Notes: a model not told the origin generated them from the letters alone. DNA of 64,000 nt from Gemmatimonadota bacterium (GCA_022561145.1 JADFRS010000002.1:258-64257); one strand, 5' to 3'; positions 21,401 through 29,442 are shown, counted from the stretch's first letter. A program made the numbers and translations.

Positions 21401-21606
21401 GCCAGGCCGACTGCGTGCCATTCCTCGACGAGCTCATCAGGAGCCTCAACGTCCAGTTGGACACGTCCGTTCGAAACATGGATCTCCGCCTCCAGCTTTC
21501 CTACACGGATCGCCAGTCCTTCGTCGGACTGAAGTCGGGCTCTACACAATTCCAGTTCGGAGTGTTTGGGACCTTCGTCATCGCGGGTGGCGCCTTTCCC
21601 GGCTGA
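15475..21606 (+). CDS. Giant (~2040 aa) secreted beta-rich outer-membrane protein, SprA/Sov-like (T9SS translocon family)
   Basis: ORF 15046..21606. Its first 380 nt lie antisense to lptF, so the first plausible start is the ATG at 15475 (MPPRMPNTV...SVAVMAVLMAVSVGRLGAAE, signal-like). The basis for the call is size, the pattern of alternating beta strands throughout, GIPAGNFGLQATGQLGPIDFQGVWAQQRGD (reminiscent of the SprA_N repeat core), and a Ca-binding-like DTEDLDGDGNLDILE motif. The family assignment is from memory, not from a search. Confidence 0.55.
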   Translation: MPPRMPNTVPTLQHTLRSPPLSSSIAGRSVAVMAVLMAVSVGRLGAAETVPAPVADTVRFRVPPLPLPAFLDRLAGPGLQATGSGPLSPLVPSRPLSFMLQTPAAWLLAPGATYLRHRLAAHRLRLISLLALPPPSPETPVGALVPGEGLAGPTRLVSEISNLDLQITGRAELGGDWTRFRPCDTRVQFTCDPGIIPRINPDILFGVRLQGTIAERLTLDVDFDQAREFSAANRIHIVYEGGEDEVLRRMEIGDVTFDLPSSRFLSGGIPAGNFGLQATGQLGPIDFQGVWAQQRGDLSSREFRLSGAPGQEGFVQVDTLVLDDADYVRGQFFFVVDPALLDDNPHIDILGLDPSAAPSGVAPGVDPIQVYRFEDDPVTRQQVEGLIQADAFAGSVGDRVQESGWFRYLRPGEDYSVHSSGLWLALRRPLRRDEMLAITYITALGDTVGTYNPERVYNAGGRPTLQLLKASNANHRPGRPTWDQEMHQVYRVSSSPDVDPASVELTISLGELSAGQTFKRDLAGEDITLLRLFGLDEESPVDVVDQAGIYKPAQEFFQDQPPVPGVFIVFPTLRPFQTPPPLESLGLDAAETAAILGSDVNATIYDAGDPFDRDNGGLYRLTIPFELRSRGVISSFSLGALGIRDGSERVFLGDRLLVRGQDYQIDYDIGQVTLIRPEALFAAISDPVVRASWEQKSLFQIAPTTVFGLSARYDAGPTGSIDLLALHQSEQSLVKRPQLGVEPASITLGGLNGSFVFGAERLDRLLENIPGLRLGGPSSIGVSGELAVSLPNPNTRTDVFLDDFDSANELPLSLFASDWDRGSAPGFRNGAESALPLAVDQSDVGAMTWQHTWVREGFQSDSVGIFEGFLPQVDIDKQIRFTGSQAREIGLLLEFIPIPATRGGRSWRSITTALSPTGLDLSKTEFLEFYLADGDSLTLIVDLGIVSEDAMFLNRSDEANGVKETGVPWGLGLLDQEADPRRGEIWSDVLDEVGVWGETCIAERAAVYRIGDERANCTRGNGRRDTEDLDGDGNLDILERYLRMVVRLDGTSPFLARDRSETGTAFRLYRIPLRGADLFQVPGPFAEADFRAVRHLRVTVTGSQRQRLTLARMRLVGSRWVKRAQAGVLRGIVGDTASGFGRAEVGPVSRLTDGAAYQPPPGVLEELDDPTATFGGQGFEFNEKGLKLEYEDVAGGDRAEVFNRFPQRPRDFLTYRQLRVWAVARRGDWGGDRPMSFFVKVGEDAENFYLFKTAMEPVLNPDAITPEEWLPEILVDFEEWIDLRRRAEQELILRPRSPTAPPLELWSADSTYAIVLKDRARAPNLAAVRELSLGVWNQSGLPTTGEVWINEIRLSEALRDIGLAGRVAVDLQASDVLDARITFTRRGALFRQLKGGPTFQNENSFSLNSTLRLERLMPAEWGVEIPVTLSYVGSGQTPTFLYRSDVRVDRLARLRRPQVNRTRVDVAFRKSTPTANRIIGLLLDGLEAHAGYFTASTQSVTAESEAEGTDARLDWGRHVGRRDLAVVPGFLQPVFRAILPGFLEERLTNSRIRWTPERFSMASSYARSDSRAFRFDQIVSLFGDTLLLATLSPRESLETAAEIEFRPFRSLSAQASIISTRDLIDPESAVADTEVQALLELERATLAGVDLGWETNRRLRTNVRYSPIQQPWLRADFNIQTFYASDRNANFVDRRAEGADTVVALERNVNGRRDVTGRVLFTPGAIFSALAPTADGEVARRSPLRRFLSAFDPINLTWADGVTSRFNRDAIDPGLGFQLGVGGIDGFRIVGGDTATTFTDRTTWSARGGAGLPLGLRLGVRYQRTNANTLDTRSDRAEVLEQWPDLTARITQLRMPDGFQRVLRQISLSSGFRRIRREVTFGGAGQQRRFQEDRQIPLTVGLTWGGSLATTYRGTFRSGEGSDPTGDTERSRVEHRVAVTSSFVPPGGLAPYLDRPITASLLYRYTLETNCRLAAGQADCVPFLDELIRSLNVQLDTSVRNMDLRLQLSYTDRQSFVGLKSGSTQFQFGVFGTFVIAGGAFPG

Positions 21607-21644
21607 GCATTCCAGCGCCCGCCTCGGGCGGATAGGGTGAATCC

Positions 21645-22298
21645 ATGACGAGGGCTGAAACACGGGCATTGTTGCGGGCGGCCGCTGTGCTCGTACTGAT
21701 CAGCGCCGTGCGGTTCGGAGTCGAGTCACGCCGCGGCGTGCCGCTTTTCGAGTCCGACTCTGCTAGCGTACTCCCCGCGCTCTCGGAAGCGGTGGCCGAG
21801 GCCACGGCGGAGCAGGAGCGGCGGAGCAAGCCGCTTGGGCCCTCCGAGCGACTGGACCCGAATACCGCTTCGGAGGTGGATCTTGACCGGCTTCCGGGCG
21901 TGGGCGCCGCCACCGCGCTCGCGATTGTCCGGGAGCGGACGTTGAACGGCGGATTCCGCTCCCTCGACGAACTTCTTCGGGTTCGCGGCATAGGTCCTTC
22001 TACGCTCGAGCGGATCAGGCCACACCTCGAGGTGACGGTAATTCCGAGGAGATTGCCACGCCGAGCGCCAGCAAGGGGGGGGGCCTCGACGGGGATCACG
22101 AGACCGGTCGACATCAATCGAGCCGACTCGGTCTCGCTTCTGAATTTGCCTGGAATCGGGCCATCCTTGGCCGGGCGTATCCTCGCGTACCGGAGGCTGC
22201 ACGGGCCATTCGAACGGGTCGAGCAATTGGTGAATGTGCGTGGGATCGGACCCGCGACAATGGCAAAACTCGACGGCCACGTGACGGTTCGGCGCTGA
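21645..22298 (+). CDS. comEA: ComEA-type competence protein with two tandem helix-hairpin-helix DNA-binding modules
   Basis: N-terminal TM anchor (ALLRAAAVLVLISAV). Module 1 is LDPNTASEVDLDRLPGVGAATALAIVRERTLNGGFRSLDELLRVRGIGPSTLERI. Module 2 is VDINRADSVSLLNLPGIGPSLAGRILAYRRLHGPFERVEQLVNVRGIGPATMAKL. Confidence 0.85.
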   Translation: MTRAETRALLRAAAVLVLISAVRFGVESRRGVPLFESDSASVLPALSEAVAEATAEQERRSKPLGPSERLDPNTASEVDLDRLPGVGAATALAIVRERTLNGGFRSLDELLRVRGIGPSTLERIRPHLEVTVIPRRLPRRAPARGGASTGITRPVDINRADSVSLLNLPGIGPSLAGRILAYRRLHGPFERVEQLVNVRGIGPATMAKLDGHVTVRR

Positions 22299-22424
22299 TC
22301 CGGGTGGGGAGGCCCTCATCGAGTCTTGCCAACCGTGGAAAACATGTGTCTTGTACCACGGCCAGGTGTAAAGGTATTCTATGTAGTTGGGTCGGCACGC
22401 GGTTTTCCCTTTCCACAGGCAGAA

Positions 22425-24143
22425 ATGGCAACGAACGTAGCTGAGGTACGACTTGGCGATCTCTTCGTTCGCGAAAAACTGATCAACGGGGAGCAGCTCC
22501 AGGACGCTCTCAGGGACGCTAGAGACAACGGCACGCGGGTTGGGTTCTCCCTCGTCAAGCTCGGGTTTGTGGCTGAGGAAGAACTGACGCGCATGCTGTC
22601 GAAGCAGTATCGCGTCCCGGCCGTGGACCTCGACAAGGTCAAGGTCGATGACAAGGTCATCAAGGTCATCGACGGTGACGTAGCGTACAAGCACTTGGTT
22701 CTCCCCCTCCGGAAAGTGGGGCGAACCCTCACCGTTGCGATGGCCAACCCGACCGATATGAGTGCCCTCGAAGACCTCAAATTCATCACCCGCTTCGACA
22801 TCGAACCGGTTATCGTCGGCGAGTACACCCTCAGAAAGCACCTCGAGGACTACTATGGTTCAGACGAGAACCGCATGGCCGACCTCTTCGGCGACTTCCT
22901 GGAAGAGGACCTGGAGTTCATGGAGGAAGAGGAGGAAGACGTCTCGGTCGCGGCGCTACAGGAGCAGGTCGAGCAGGCTCCGGTCGTCAAGTTCATCAAC
23001 GGGCTGTTGACCGACGCCGTGATGAAGGGTGTCTCCGACATCCACATCGAGCCCTACGAGAGGGACATCAGAGTCCGGTATCGGATCGACGGGGCGCTCG
23101 TAGAAGTCATGAAGCCGCCCTACAAGATGAAGGCGGCGTTGACGTCACGTATCAAGATCCTCTCCGACCTGAACATCGCGGAGCGGCGAATTCCGCAGGA
23201 CGGGCGCATCAAGCTGCGCATGAAGCGCAAGGTCGTCGACTTCCGGGTCTCGACCTTGCCGGTGATCTTCGGCGAGAAGATCGTGCTTCGTATCCTGGAC
23301 CAGGCCAACCTCACTTTCGACCTGGCGTCGTTCGGATTCGAGCCCAAAGCGGAAAAGGATTTTTTCGAGGCCATCTCGCAGCCGTACGGAATGGTGCTGG
23401 TGACTGGGCCCACGGGCTCGGGCAAGACGACCACGCTTTACTCCGCGCTGTCCAAGATCAATACCGAAGAAACGAACATCATGACCGTGGAGGACCCGGT
23501 CGAGTACAACCTGCACGGGATCAACCAGGTCCTCGTTCGCCCCCAGATTGGGATGACCTTCGCAGCGGCCCTGAGGGCTTTCCTCCGGCAGGACCCGAAC
23601 ATCATCATGGTGGGTGAGATTCGTGACCTGGAAACCGGGGGGATCGCGATCAAGGCCGCTCTCACGGGTCACCTCGTGCTGTCGACGCTCCACACCAACG
23701 ACACTCCGTCCACGATTACCCGCCTCATGGACATGGGCCTCGAGGCGTTCAATGTGGCCTCGGCGCTCAACCTCGTAACGGCTCAGCGCCTTCTCCGACG
23801 CATTTGCACGAATTGCAAGGTGGAGGCCACGTACGAGGACGAGGTCCTTGAGACGGCTCGTCTGCCCGACGGCTTCCTCGACAGGGTGACCTTCTACAAG
23901 GGCGAGGGCTGCGATCAATGTGGAGAAACCGGTTACCGGGGGCGACAGGGCCTCTACGAAGTCATGGACGTCACCGCGGCCATCCGCAAGGCGATCATGT
24001 CCGCTACCGGAACCGACGAATTGCGCGAAATCGCGATCGAGGAAGGCATGTTGACTCTGCGCATGGACGGGCTCAAGAAGATCGAGCGCGGGGTCACCAC
24101 GCTGGACGAGGTTCTCAAGGAGACCTCGGTGATAGGCGGCTAA
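22425..24143 (+). CDS. pilB: Type IV pilus extension ATPase PilB (GspE family)
   Basis: ORF 22326..24143 with a likely ATG at 22425 (MATNVAEVRLGDLF...). It has an N-terminal MshEN/T2SSE_N domain, Walker A (GPTGSGKTTT), Asp/His boxes, and the tetracysteine CTNC...CDQC motif. Confidence 0.95.
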   Translation: MATNVAEVRLGDLFVREKLINGEQLQDALRDARDNGTRVGFSLVKLGFVAEEELTRMLSKQYRVPAVDLDKVKVDDKVIKVIDGDVAYKHLVLPLRKVGRTLTVAMANPTDMSALEDLKFITRFDIEPVIVGEYTLRKHLEDYYGSDENRMADLFGDFLEEDLEFMEEEEEDVSVAALQEQVEQAPVVKFINGLLTDAVMKGVSDIHIEPYERDIRVRYRIDGALVEVMKPPYKMKAALTSRIKILSDLNIAERRIPQDGRIKLRMKRKVVDFRVSTLPVIFGEKIVLRILDQANLTFDLASFGFEPKAEKDFFEAISQPYGMVLVTGPTGSGKTTTLYSALSKINTEETNIMTVEDPVEYNLHGINQVLVRPQIGMTFAAALRAFLRQDPNIIMVGEIRDLETGGIAIKAALTGHLVLSTLHTNDTPSTITRLMDMGLEAFNVASALNLVTAQRLLRRICTNCKVEATYEDEVLETARLPDGFLDRVTFYKGEGCDQCGETGYRGRQGLYEVMDVTAAIRKAIMSATGTDELREIAIEEGMLTLRMDGLKKIERGVTTLDEVLKETSVIGG

Positions 24144-24173
24144 CCCCATCATTAAGGACTGTGAACCCATCGA

Positions 24174-25295
24174 ATGAATCAACCGCAAGCACCCGCTGAG
24201 GCTCCCCAGAAACAAGAACTGAGCCTAAGAGGCCTCCTTCAAGAGATGATCCAGAAGGGCGCCTCCGATCTTCACATAACCGTGGGAGAGCGGCCCAAGA
24301 TCCGTATCGACGGGGCGCTTCTAGATTCCACCGTCGATCACGTTCTCGCGCCCCGGGACTCGCTGCAGCTCGCCTACTCGATTCTCACCGAGAACCAGAA
24401 GAAGCGTTTCGAGACCGAGGATGAGTTGGATTTCTCCTTCGGCGTCCAGAACCTCTCCCGCTTCCGTGGCAACGTATACAAGCAGCGCGGCTGTGTGGCG
24501 ATGGCCATCAGGCAGATCCCCTACGAGATCATGGATCTGGATCACCTCGGCTTGCCATCCGTGCTCAAGAAGCTTGCGGAGCGTCCGCGCGGCTTGGTGC
24601 TGGTCACCGGGCCGACGGGTTCCGGAAAGTCGACCACGCTCGCGGCCATGGTGGACAAGATCAACACCGAAAGGCGTGAGCACATCATCACGGTCGAGGA
24701 CCCCATCGAGTTCATTCACCGACATAAGAAATGCATGGTGAACCAGCGCGAGGTGGGCGCCGACACCAAGAGCTTCGCTGCCGCGCTCAAGTACGCGCTG
24801 CGTCAGGACCCCGACGTGATCCTCATCGGGGAGATGCGGGATTTGGAGACCATCGGGGCGGCACTGACCATCGCCGAGACCGGACACCTGGTCCTTGCGA
24901 CGCTGCACACGAACTCGTGTGCCGAATCCATCAACCGGATCATCGACGCCTTCCCATCGCATCAGCAGTCCCAAGTCAGGGCGCAGTTGGCATTTGTCCT
25001 CGAGGGAGTTATCACTCAAACGCTCCTGCCCAAGGTAAAGGGAAAGGGCCGCGTGGTGGCCACCGAGGTCATGGTCTGTACGCCTGCCATTCGCGCGGTA
25101 ATCAGGGACGAGAAGATCCACCAGATCTACTCACTCATGCAGGCGGGTAAGAAGCACGGCATGCAGACGATGAACGATTCGCTGCAGATGTTGTACATGC
25201 AGGGTACGATCAGCCTCCAAGAGGCCTTGAAGCGCTCCGGCGATCCCAACGAGTTGTTGAGGGCCGTAGGCGAGCCTGTACCGACCGACGATTAG
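24174..25295 (+). CDS. pilT: Type IV pilus retraction ATPase PilT
   Basis: 373 aa. Walker A (GPTGSGKSTT), ILIGEMRDLETI, GHLVLATLHTN, and the PilT-specific AIRNLIRE-like motif (AIRAVIRDEKIHQI). Confidence 0.95.
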   Translation: MNQPQAPAEAPQKQELSLRGLLQEMIQKGASDLHITVGERPKIRIDGALLDSTVDHVLAPRDSLQLAYSILTENQKKRFETEDELDFSFGVQNLSRFRGNVYKQRGCVAMAIRQIPYEIMDLDHLGLPSVLKKLAERPRGLVLVTGPTGSGKSTTLAAMVDKINTERREHIITVEDPIEFIHRHKKCMVNQREVGADTKSFAAALKYALRQDPDVILIGEMRDLETIGAALTIAETGHLVLATLHTNSCAESINRIIDAFPSHQQSQVRAQLAFVLEGVITQTLLPKVKGKGRVVATEVMVCTPAIRAVIRDEKIHQIYSLMQAGKKHGMQTMNDSLQMLYMQGTISLQEALKRSGDPNELLRAVGEPVPTDD

Positions 25296-25304
25296 GGAGG
25301 GCCG

Positions 25305-26507
25305 ATGCCGACCTACAGTTACAGTGCCAGACCCGCGGGTGGCGGAGATATCAAGCAGGGGGAGATAGAGCTGGCCTCGAAGGATGAGGTGTTCGCATAC
25401 CTCCACAAGCAGAGGATGATTCCCGTCTCGGTTCGTGAGAAGGATAAGAGCCTCAACATCACGTTCGGAACCGGGATAACCACCCGGGACATCGTGATCT
25501 TCACTCGGCAGTTCGCCACGATGATCAACTCCGGCCTCCCTCTGGTACAGAGCCTGGACATCCTTGCGGAGCAGACGGATAACTCGGCCCTTCGCACGGT
25601 CATCCGGGACGTGCTCTACGACGTGGAGTCCGGCCACACCCTGGCGGACGCGATTGGCAAGCACCCGAAGGTCTTCACGGAGTTGTTCGTGAACATGGTA
25701 GCCGCCGGTGAGGCCGGCGGTATCTTGGATACCATCCTGCTGCGCCTAGCAACCTTCCTGGAGAAGAACGACGCCCTCATTCGCAAGATCAAGGGCGCCA
25801 TGATCTATCCGGCCGTAATCTTCACGGTGGCCGGTTTGGCGGTCGTAACCCTGCTCATCTTCGTGATCCCCACCTTCCAGCAAATGTTCGAGGCCGCAGG
25901 TGTCCCGTTACCGCTACCGACCCGGATCGTCATTGCGATGTCGCAGGTCCTTCAGGATTACTGGTGGGCGTTGGGCGGCGGCGTAATCGCTGCGGTGTTC
26001 GGGATACGGTACGCCTACACGACGGACGCCGGTAGGCTCAACATCGACAGGCTGCTTCTGGTCTTACCGGTCCTGGGTGACTTGCAGCGCAAGTCTGCCG
26101 TGGCTCGCTTCACGCGGACCCTAGGCACGCTGGTTTCGTCCGGCGTCTCGATTCTCGAGGGCCTTGAGATCACCGCCAAGACCGCCGGCAATCGCGTGAT
26201 TCATGATGCCGTCATGAATTCTCGAGCGTCGATCGCGGGTGGTGAAACCATCGCGGGACCCCTCAAGGAATCGGGCGTGTTCCCGCCCATGGTCGTCCAG
26301 ATGATCAACGTGGGCGAGCAGACCGGTGGCCTGGACGAGATGCTGACCAAGATCGCCGACTTCTATGACGATGAGGTCGACACGGCGGTCGATGCGCTCC
26401 TCTCTGCGATGGAGCCCATCATGATCGTGGTGTTGGGTGTGGTCGTCGGCGGCATGATCGTAGCGATGTACCTGCCGATCTTCGACATGATCAACGCCGT
26501 GGATTAA
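25305..26507 (+). CDS. pilC: Type IV pilus inner-membrane platform protein PilC (GspF family)
   Basis: 400 aa with two GspF repeats (FTRQFATMINSGLPLVQSLDIL and FTRTLGTLVSSGVSILEGLEIT) and three TM segments. Confidence 0.95.
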   Translation: MPTYSYSARPAGGGDIKQGEIELASKDEVFAYLHKQRMIPVSVREKDKSLNITFGTGITTRDIVIFTRQFATMINSGLPLVQSLDILAEQTDNSALRTVIRDVLYDVESGHTLADAIGKHPKVFTELFVNMVAAGEAGGILDTILLRLATFLEKNDALIRKIKGAMIYPAVIFTVAGLAVVTLLIFVIPTFQQMFEAAGVPLPLPTRIVIAMSQVLQDYWWALGGGVIAAVFGIRYAYTTDAGRLNIDRLLLVLPVLGDLQRKSAVARFTRTLGTLVSSGVSILEGLEITAKTAGNRVIHDAVMNSRASIAGGETIAGPLKESGVFPPMVVQMINVGEQTGGLDEMLTKIADFYDDEVDTAVDALLSAMEPIMIVVLGVVVGGMIVAMYLPIFDMINAVD

Positions 26508-26802
26508 GGGCGGGTCGTGGAGTGACAGGTTGATCTTTCGTCGTTCTGAGTCTCCCGCACGCGGAGTGCGCAAACGCCCCGTAAAGGCTCGATGATCGGT
26601 CGCCGTACATGCAGGTAGGCCCGTCGCCGGTAGTCGCACGCCTTGGTTCGGGTCCACACTTGGAGATCGTCCGCACCACCTGTGCATGTGGCGGCTTCGT
26701 CCTCACGCAGGCCTGGCTCATCGGAGCTTCCCTTCCGAGATTGCCTTGATCCCTTTTAGCGGCCCGCATTCGGCGCGGCCCGGTGGTTCTGCGGAGGCAG
26801 TC

Positions 26803-29058
26803 ATGAAACGGTCCCCAACTCGCGTTCGCTCACAGTCAGTCGTGCTTACGCTGGCGTTTCTCCTGGTACCCTTCGTCGTGCAAGGACAGGGCTCGCGTGC
26901 GTTCACTCCGGAAGATGCGCTCAATGTTCGGACCCCACGCATTCAGGATGTGTCGGAAGACGGCCGCTGGGTCGCCACCACGGTTCAGCGGCATCGTGAC
27001 CGATTGAATGTGGACCATGAACGTTTTGGGGATCCCACGTACGTATCACCATCCCTGAGCGAGGTGGTGGTCGTGGACACGCGTAGCGGAGATCAGCGGT
27101 CTTTGTTCGACGCGCCGTTGGTAGCCCGCGCGTTCGCCTGGGAGCCGGGCGGTTCGCGCCTGGCTTTCCTGGCCTACATGGCCGATGCGTTCCGCCTGAT
27201 GGTGTACGATGCGGAGCGAGGGGATCTCAGCGAGGTTCGCCTGAACTCGGATTTGGAGATCGCCTCCAATTCGCCAGTAGTGTGGCGCCCCGAGGAGAAC
27301 ACCCTCCTAGTCGGCCTCCGCCGAGAGGGTTGGGCCGCTGAGGCTCGCCAGGCGTACCTGGACCTCTCGGTGGGACCCATCGTGGTGCAGGACTCCGAAG
27401 ACGACTTCCTCGCATGGGATGCGGTGCGCAAGCGTTCCTCCGAGATGATCACGGTGCTCGTTTCGGTGGACGCGGGAGCGGTCCGTGAGATCGTCGCCGA
27501 GACCTCCATTCAGGATCCCCGCTTCTCCGACGATGGGTCCTTCCTGACGTATATGGTGGCCGAGCGGTTACGCACCTCGTATGAGCGGGGCGAAGGCACC
27601 GAGTACGAGATCTTCCAGCTAGATCTCTCCGGAGGGGAGCCGCGCTCTGTGCACCCGGCCGGAGAGCGCCGCGTACGACCCATTTGGACCAAAGCGGGGG
27701 ACGCGTTCGCTTACAGCGTGCAGGGTAACGTGTTCGTCCGCGACCTGGCAGCCGACAGCGCTGTAAACCTGACCGAGGAACACCGGACTCCACTTTCCGA
27801 AGACGATTCCACAAAGACCAGCTTTTCGGTGATGCGCTGGCGGGCCGACGGAGAGGCGCTCCTGATCAGTTCACAAAAGGGATATCACCTGCTCGACCCG
27901 AAATCCGGTGAGCTCGACTTGGTCTACGAATTTCAGGGCGACGAAGAAGACCGACCCCGACTGGGGCTTCAGTCGTGGAGCAAGGACGGGCGTTATCTCT
28001 ACCTGAGTTCCTCCGCGCGAGATCGGTGGGTGCGGGGTCTGGTACGCTATGACTTGCAGACACGCCGGATGGAAGATCTCGTGCTGGACGACAAGCTATA
28101 CCGGGCCTGGCGGGTTTCCGAGGACGGCAGCCGCATCGTGTTCACCCGATCGGACGGCAATCGTCCAAACCAAATCTGGGTGGCGGACGGATCGATGTCC
28201 GACCAAAGACAGCTGACGGATTTCAATCCTTGGCTGCGGGACGTGCAACTGACGCGCAGTGAGCTGGTCGAGTACCTCGACGTGGACGGAGAGAAGCTCT
28301 ACGGAATTCTCTACTACCCGATCGACTACGAGCTTGGGAAGCGGTATCCCCTGGTGGCGGAAATCTACGAGACCTTTTTCGACAACGGCTACAACGCCAA
28401 CATGAACCTTCTGACCGCTCGGGGCTGGTTCGGCTTCCGGCCTTCGGTCGACCTGGAGATCGGCTTCCCGGGTGAGGCCTGGCTCAAGGGCGTAACCACC
28501 GCGATCAACAAGGTGGTTGATCGGGGTCTGGTCGACGGCGAGAAACTGGGCGTGCACGGTACGAGCTACGGTGGGTATGCCACGAATCTGCTCATCACTC
28601 AGACCGACCGCTTCGCGGCCGCCGTGAACATCTCCGGAAAGGTGAACATCATCAGTTTCCTCGGCGACAGCGAGAAGATCACTACCCGCAACTACAGCGC
28701 CGCCGAGGAGGGACAGGACCGAATCGGGGCGACGCTCTGGGAGCAGCCTCAGAAATACATCGCGCACTCGGCCATCATGTTCGCGGACCGGATCAATACT
28801 CCCCTGCTCATGCTGACCGGGGAAGGGGACTGGAACGTGCCGGCTACCAACCAACGCGAGATGTATTACGCCCTGCGACGCCTGGGAAAAAAGGTCACTT
28901 GGGTGAACTACATGCGGGCGGGGCACGGTGCTGGCCGGGCGGGAACCGTTGAGGACTTCATGGACCACTGGATGCGGATGTTCGAGTGGTACGGCGAACA
29001 CTTCGACGAGCCCGATGAGCCAAGGGCCAAAACCACCACGGAGCGAGGAGGCTCCTAG
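26803..29058 (+). CDS. Secreted S9 (prolyl oligopeptidase/dipeptidyl peptidase) family serine peptidase with an N-terminal beta-propeller
   Basis: ORF 26686..29058. The ATG at 26803 gives the signal peptide MKRSPTRVRSQSVVLTLAFLLVPFVVQGQG. TolB/WD40-like repeats follow, then a C-terminal alpha/beta hydrolase with the nucleophile motif GVHGTSYGGYAT, the Asp block (GEGDWNVP) and the His block (RAGHG). Confidence 0.85.
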   Translation: MKRSPTRVRSQSVVLTLAFLLVPFVVQGQGSRAFTPEDALNVRTPRIQDVSEDGRWVATTVQRHRDRLNVDHERFGDPTYVSPSLSEVVVVDTRSGDQRSLFDAPLVARAFAWEPGGSRLAFLAYMADAFRLMVYDAERGDLSEVRLNSDLEIASNSPVVWRPEENTLLVGLRREGWAAEARQAYLDLSVGPIVVQDSEDDFLAWDAVRKRSSEMITVLVSVDAGAVREIVAETSIQDPRFSDDGSFLTYMVAERLRTSYERGEGTEYEIFQLDLSGGEPRSVHPAGERRVRPIWTKAGDAFAYSVQGNVFVRDLAADSAVNLTEEHRTPLSEDDSTKTSFSVMRWRADGEALLISSQKGYHLLDPKSGELDLVYEFQGDEEDRPRLGLQSWSKDGRYLYLSSSARDRWVRGLVRYDLQTRRMEDLVLDDKLYRAWRVSEDGSRIVFTRSDGNRPNQIWVADGSMSDQRQLTDFNPWLRDVQLTRSELVEYLDVDGEKLYGILYYPIDYELGKRYPLVAEIYETFFDNGYNANMNLLTARGWFGFRPSVDLEIGFPGEAWLKGVTTAINKVVDRGLVDGEKLGVHGTSYGGYATNLLITQTDRFAAAVNISGKVNIISFLGDSEKITTRNYSAAEEGQDRIGATLWEQPQKYIAHSAIMFADRINTPLLMLTGEGDWNVPATNQREMYYALRRLGKKVTWVNYMRAGHGAGRAGTVEDFMDHWMRMFEWYGEHFDEPDEPRAKTTTERGGS

Positions 29059-29076
29059 TTGAGGGAGGCGAGACGG

Positions 29077-29442
29077 ATGAACGACGAAGACAGTCCACAA
29101 GACACGATTTTCGGGAAGATCATCCGCGGCGAGATCCCGGCGGATATAGTGTTTCAAGACGACACCGTGACCGCGTTCCGGGACATCAGCCCGCAGGCGC
29201 CCGTTCACATCCTTGTCATTCCGAACCAGGTCATCCCGACCATCACGGACGTGACCGAGGCCCACGAGCCTTTGTTGGGACACATGATGACTGTAGCCGC
29301 GCGGCTAGCCGAATCTGAAGGCATCGCCGAGGATGGCTTTCGTCTGATCGTCAATTGCCGGGATTACGGCGGACAGGAAGTTTACCATTTGCACGTACAT
29401 CTTCTCGGCGGCCGCCCCTTGGGCCCGATGTTGGCCAGTTAG
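29077..29442 (+). CDS. HIT-family (histidine triad) nucleotide hydrolase, HinT-like
   Basis: [40 protein letters not shown] plus the triad [11 protein letters not shown]. The ATG at 29077 is preceded by GAGGGAGG, whereas the ORF-track start at 29059 is TTG. Confidence 0.9.
   Translation: MNDEDSPQDTIFGKIIRGEIPADIVFQDDTVTAFRDISPQAPVHILVIPNQVIPTITDVTEAHEPLLGHMMTVAARLAESEGIAEDGFRLIVNCRDYGGQEVYHLHVHLLGGRPLGPMLAS

Noticed and set aside
22075-22083. A G9 homopolymer in the comEA linker, considered as a possible slipped-strand phase-variation switch.
   Set aside because: Comparable runs occur in core genes here, for example C8 at 7600-7607 inside the Hcy-methyltransferase/MTHFR gene. The tract is therefore compatible with ordinary Gly/Pro codon runs in a GC-rich genome. 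No length polymorphism can be seen from a single sequence.
22393-22407. A sigma-54-like element, cGGCACGcggtTTtC, upstream of pilB.
   Set aside because: The -12 element lacks the conserved G (TTTC instead of TTGC). The implied transcription start would lie only about 6 nt before the pilB ATG, which leaves no room for a ribosome-binding site.
26508-26802. A 295-nt non-coding gap after pilC. I inspected it for a pilD remnant, a small ORF or a structured RNA.
   Set aside because: I found only weak 4-5-bp hairpins, no prepilin-peptidase-like translation in any frame that I could recognise, and no promoter-like or terminator-like signal strong enough to report.
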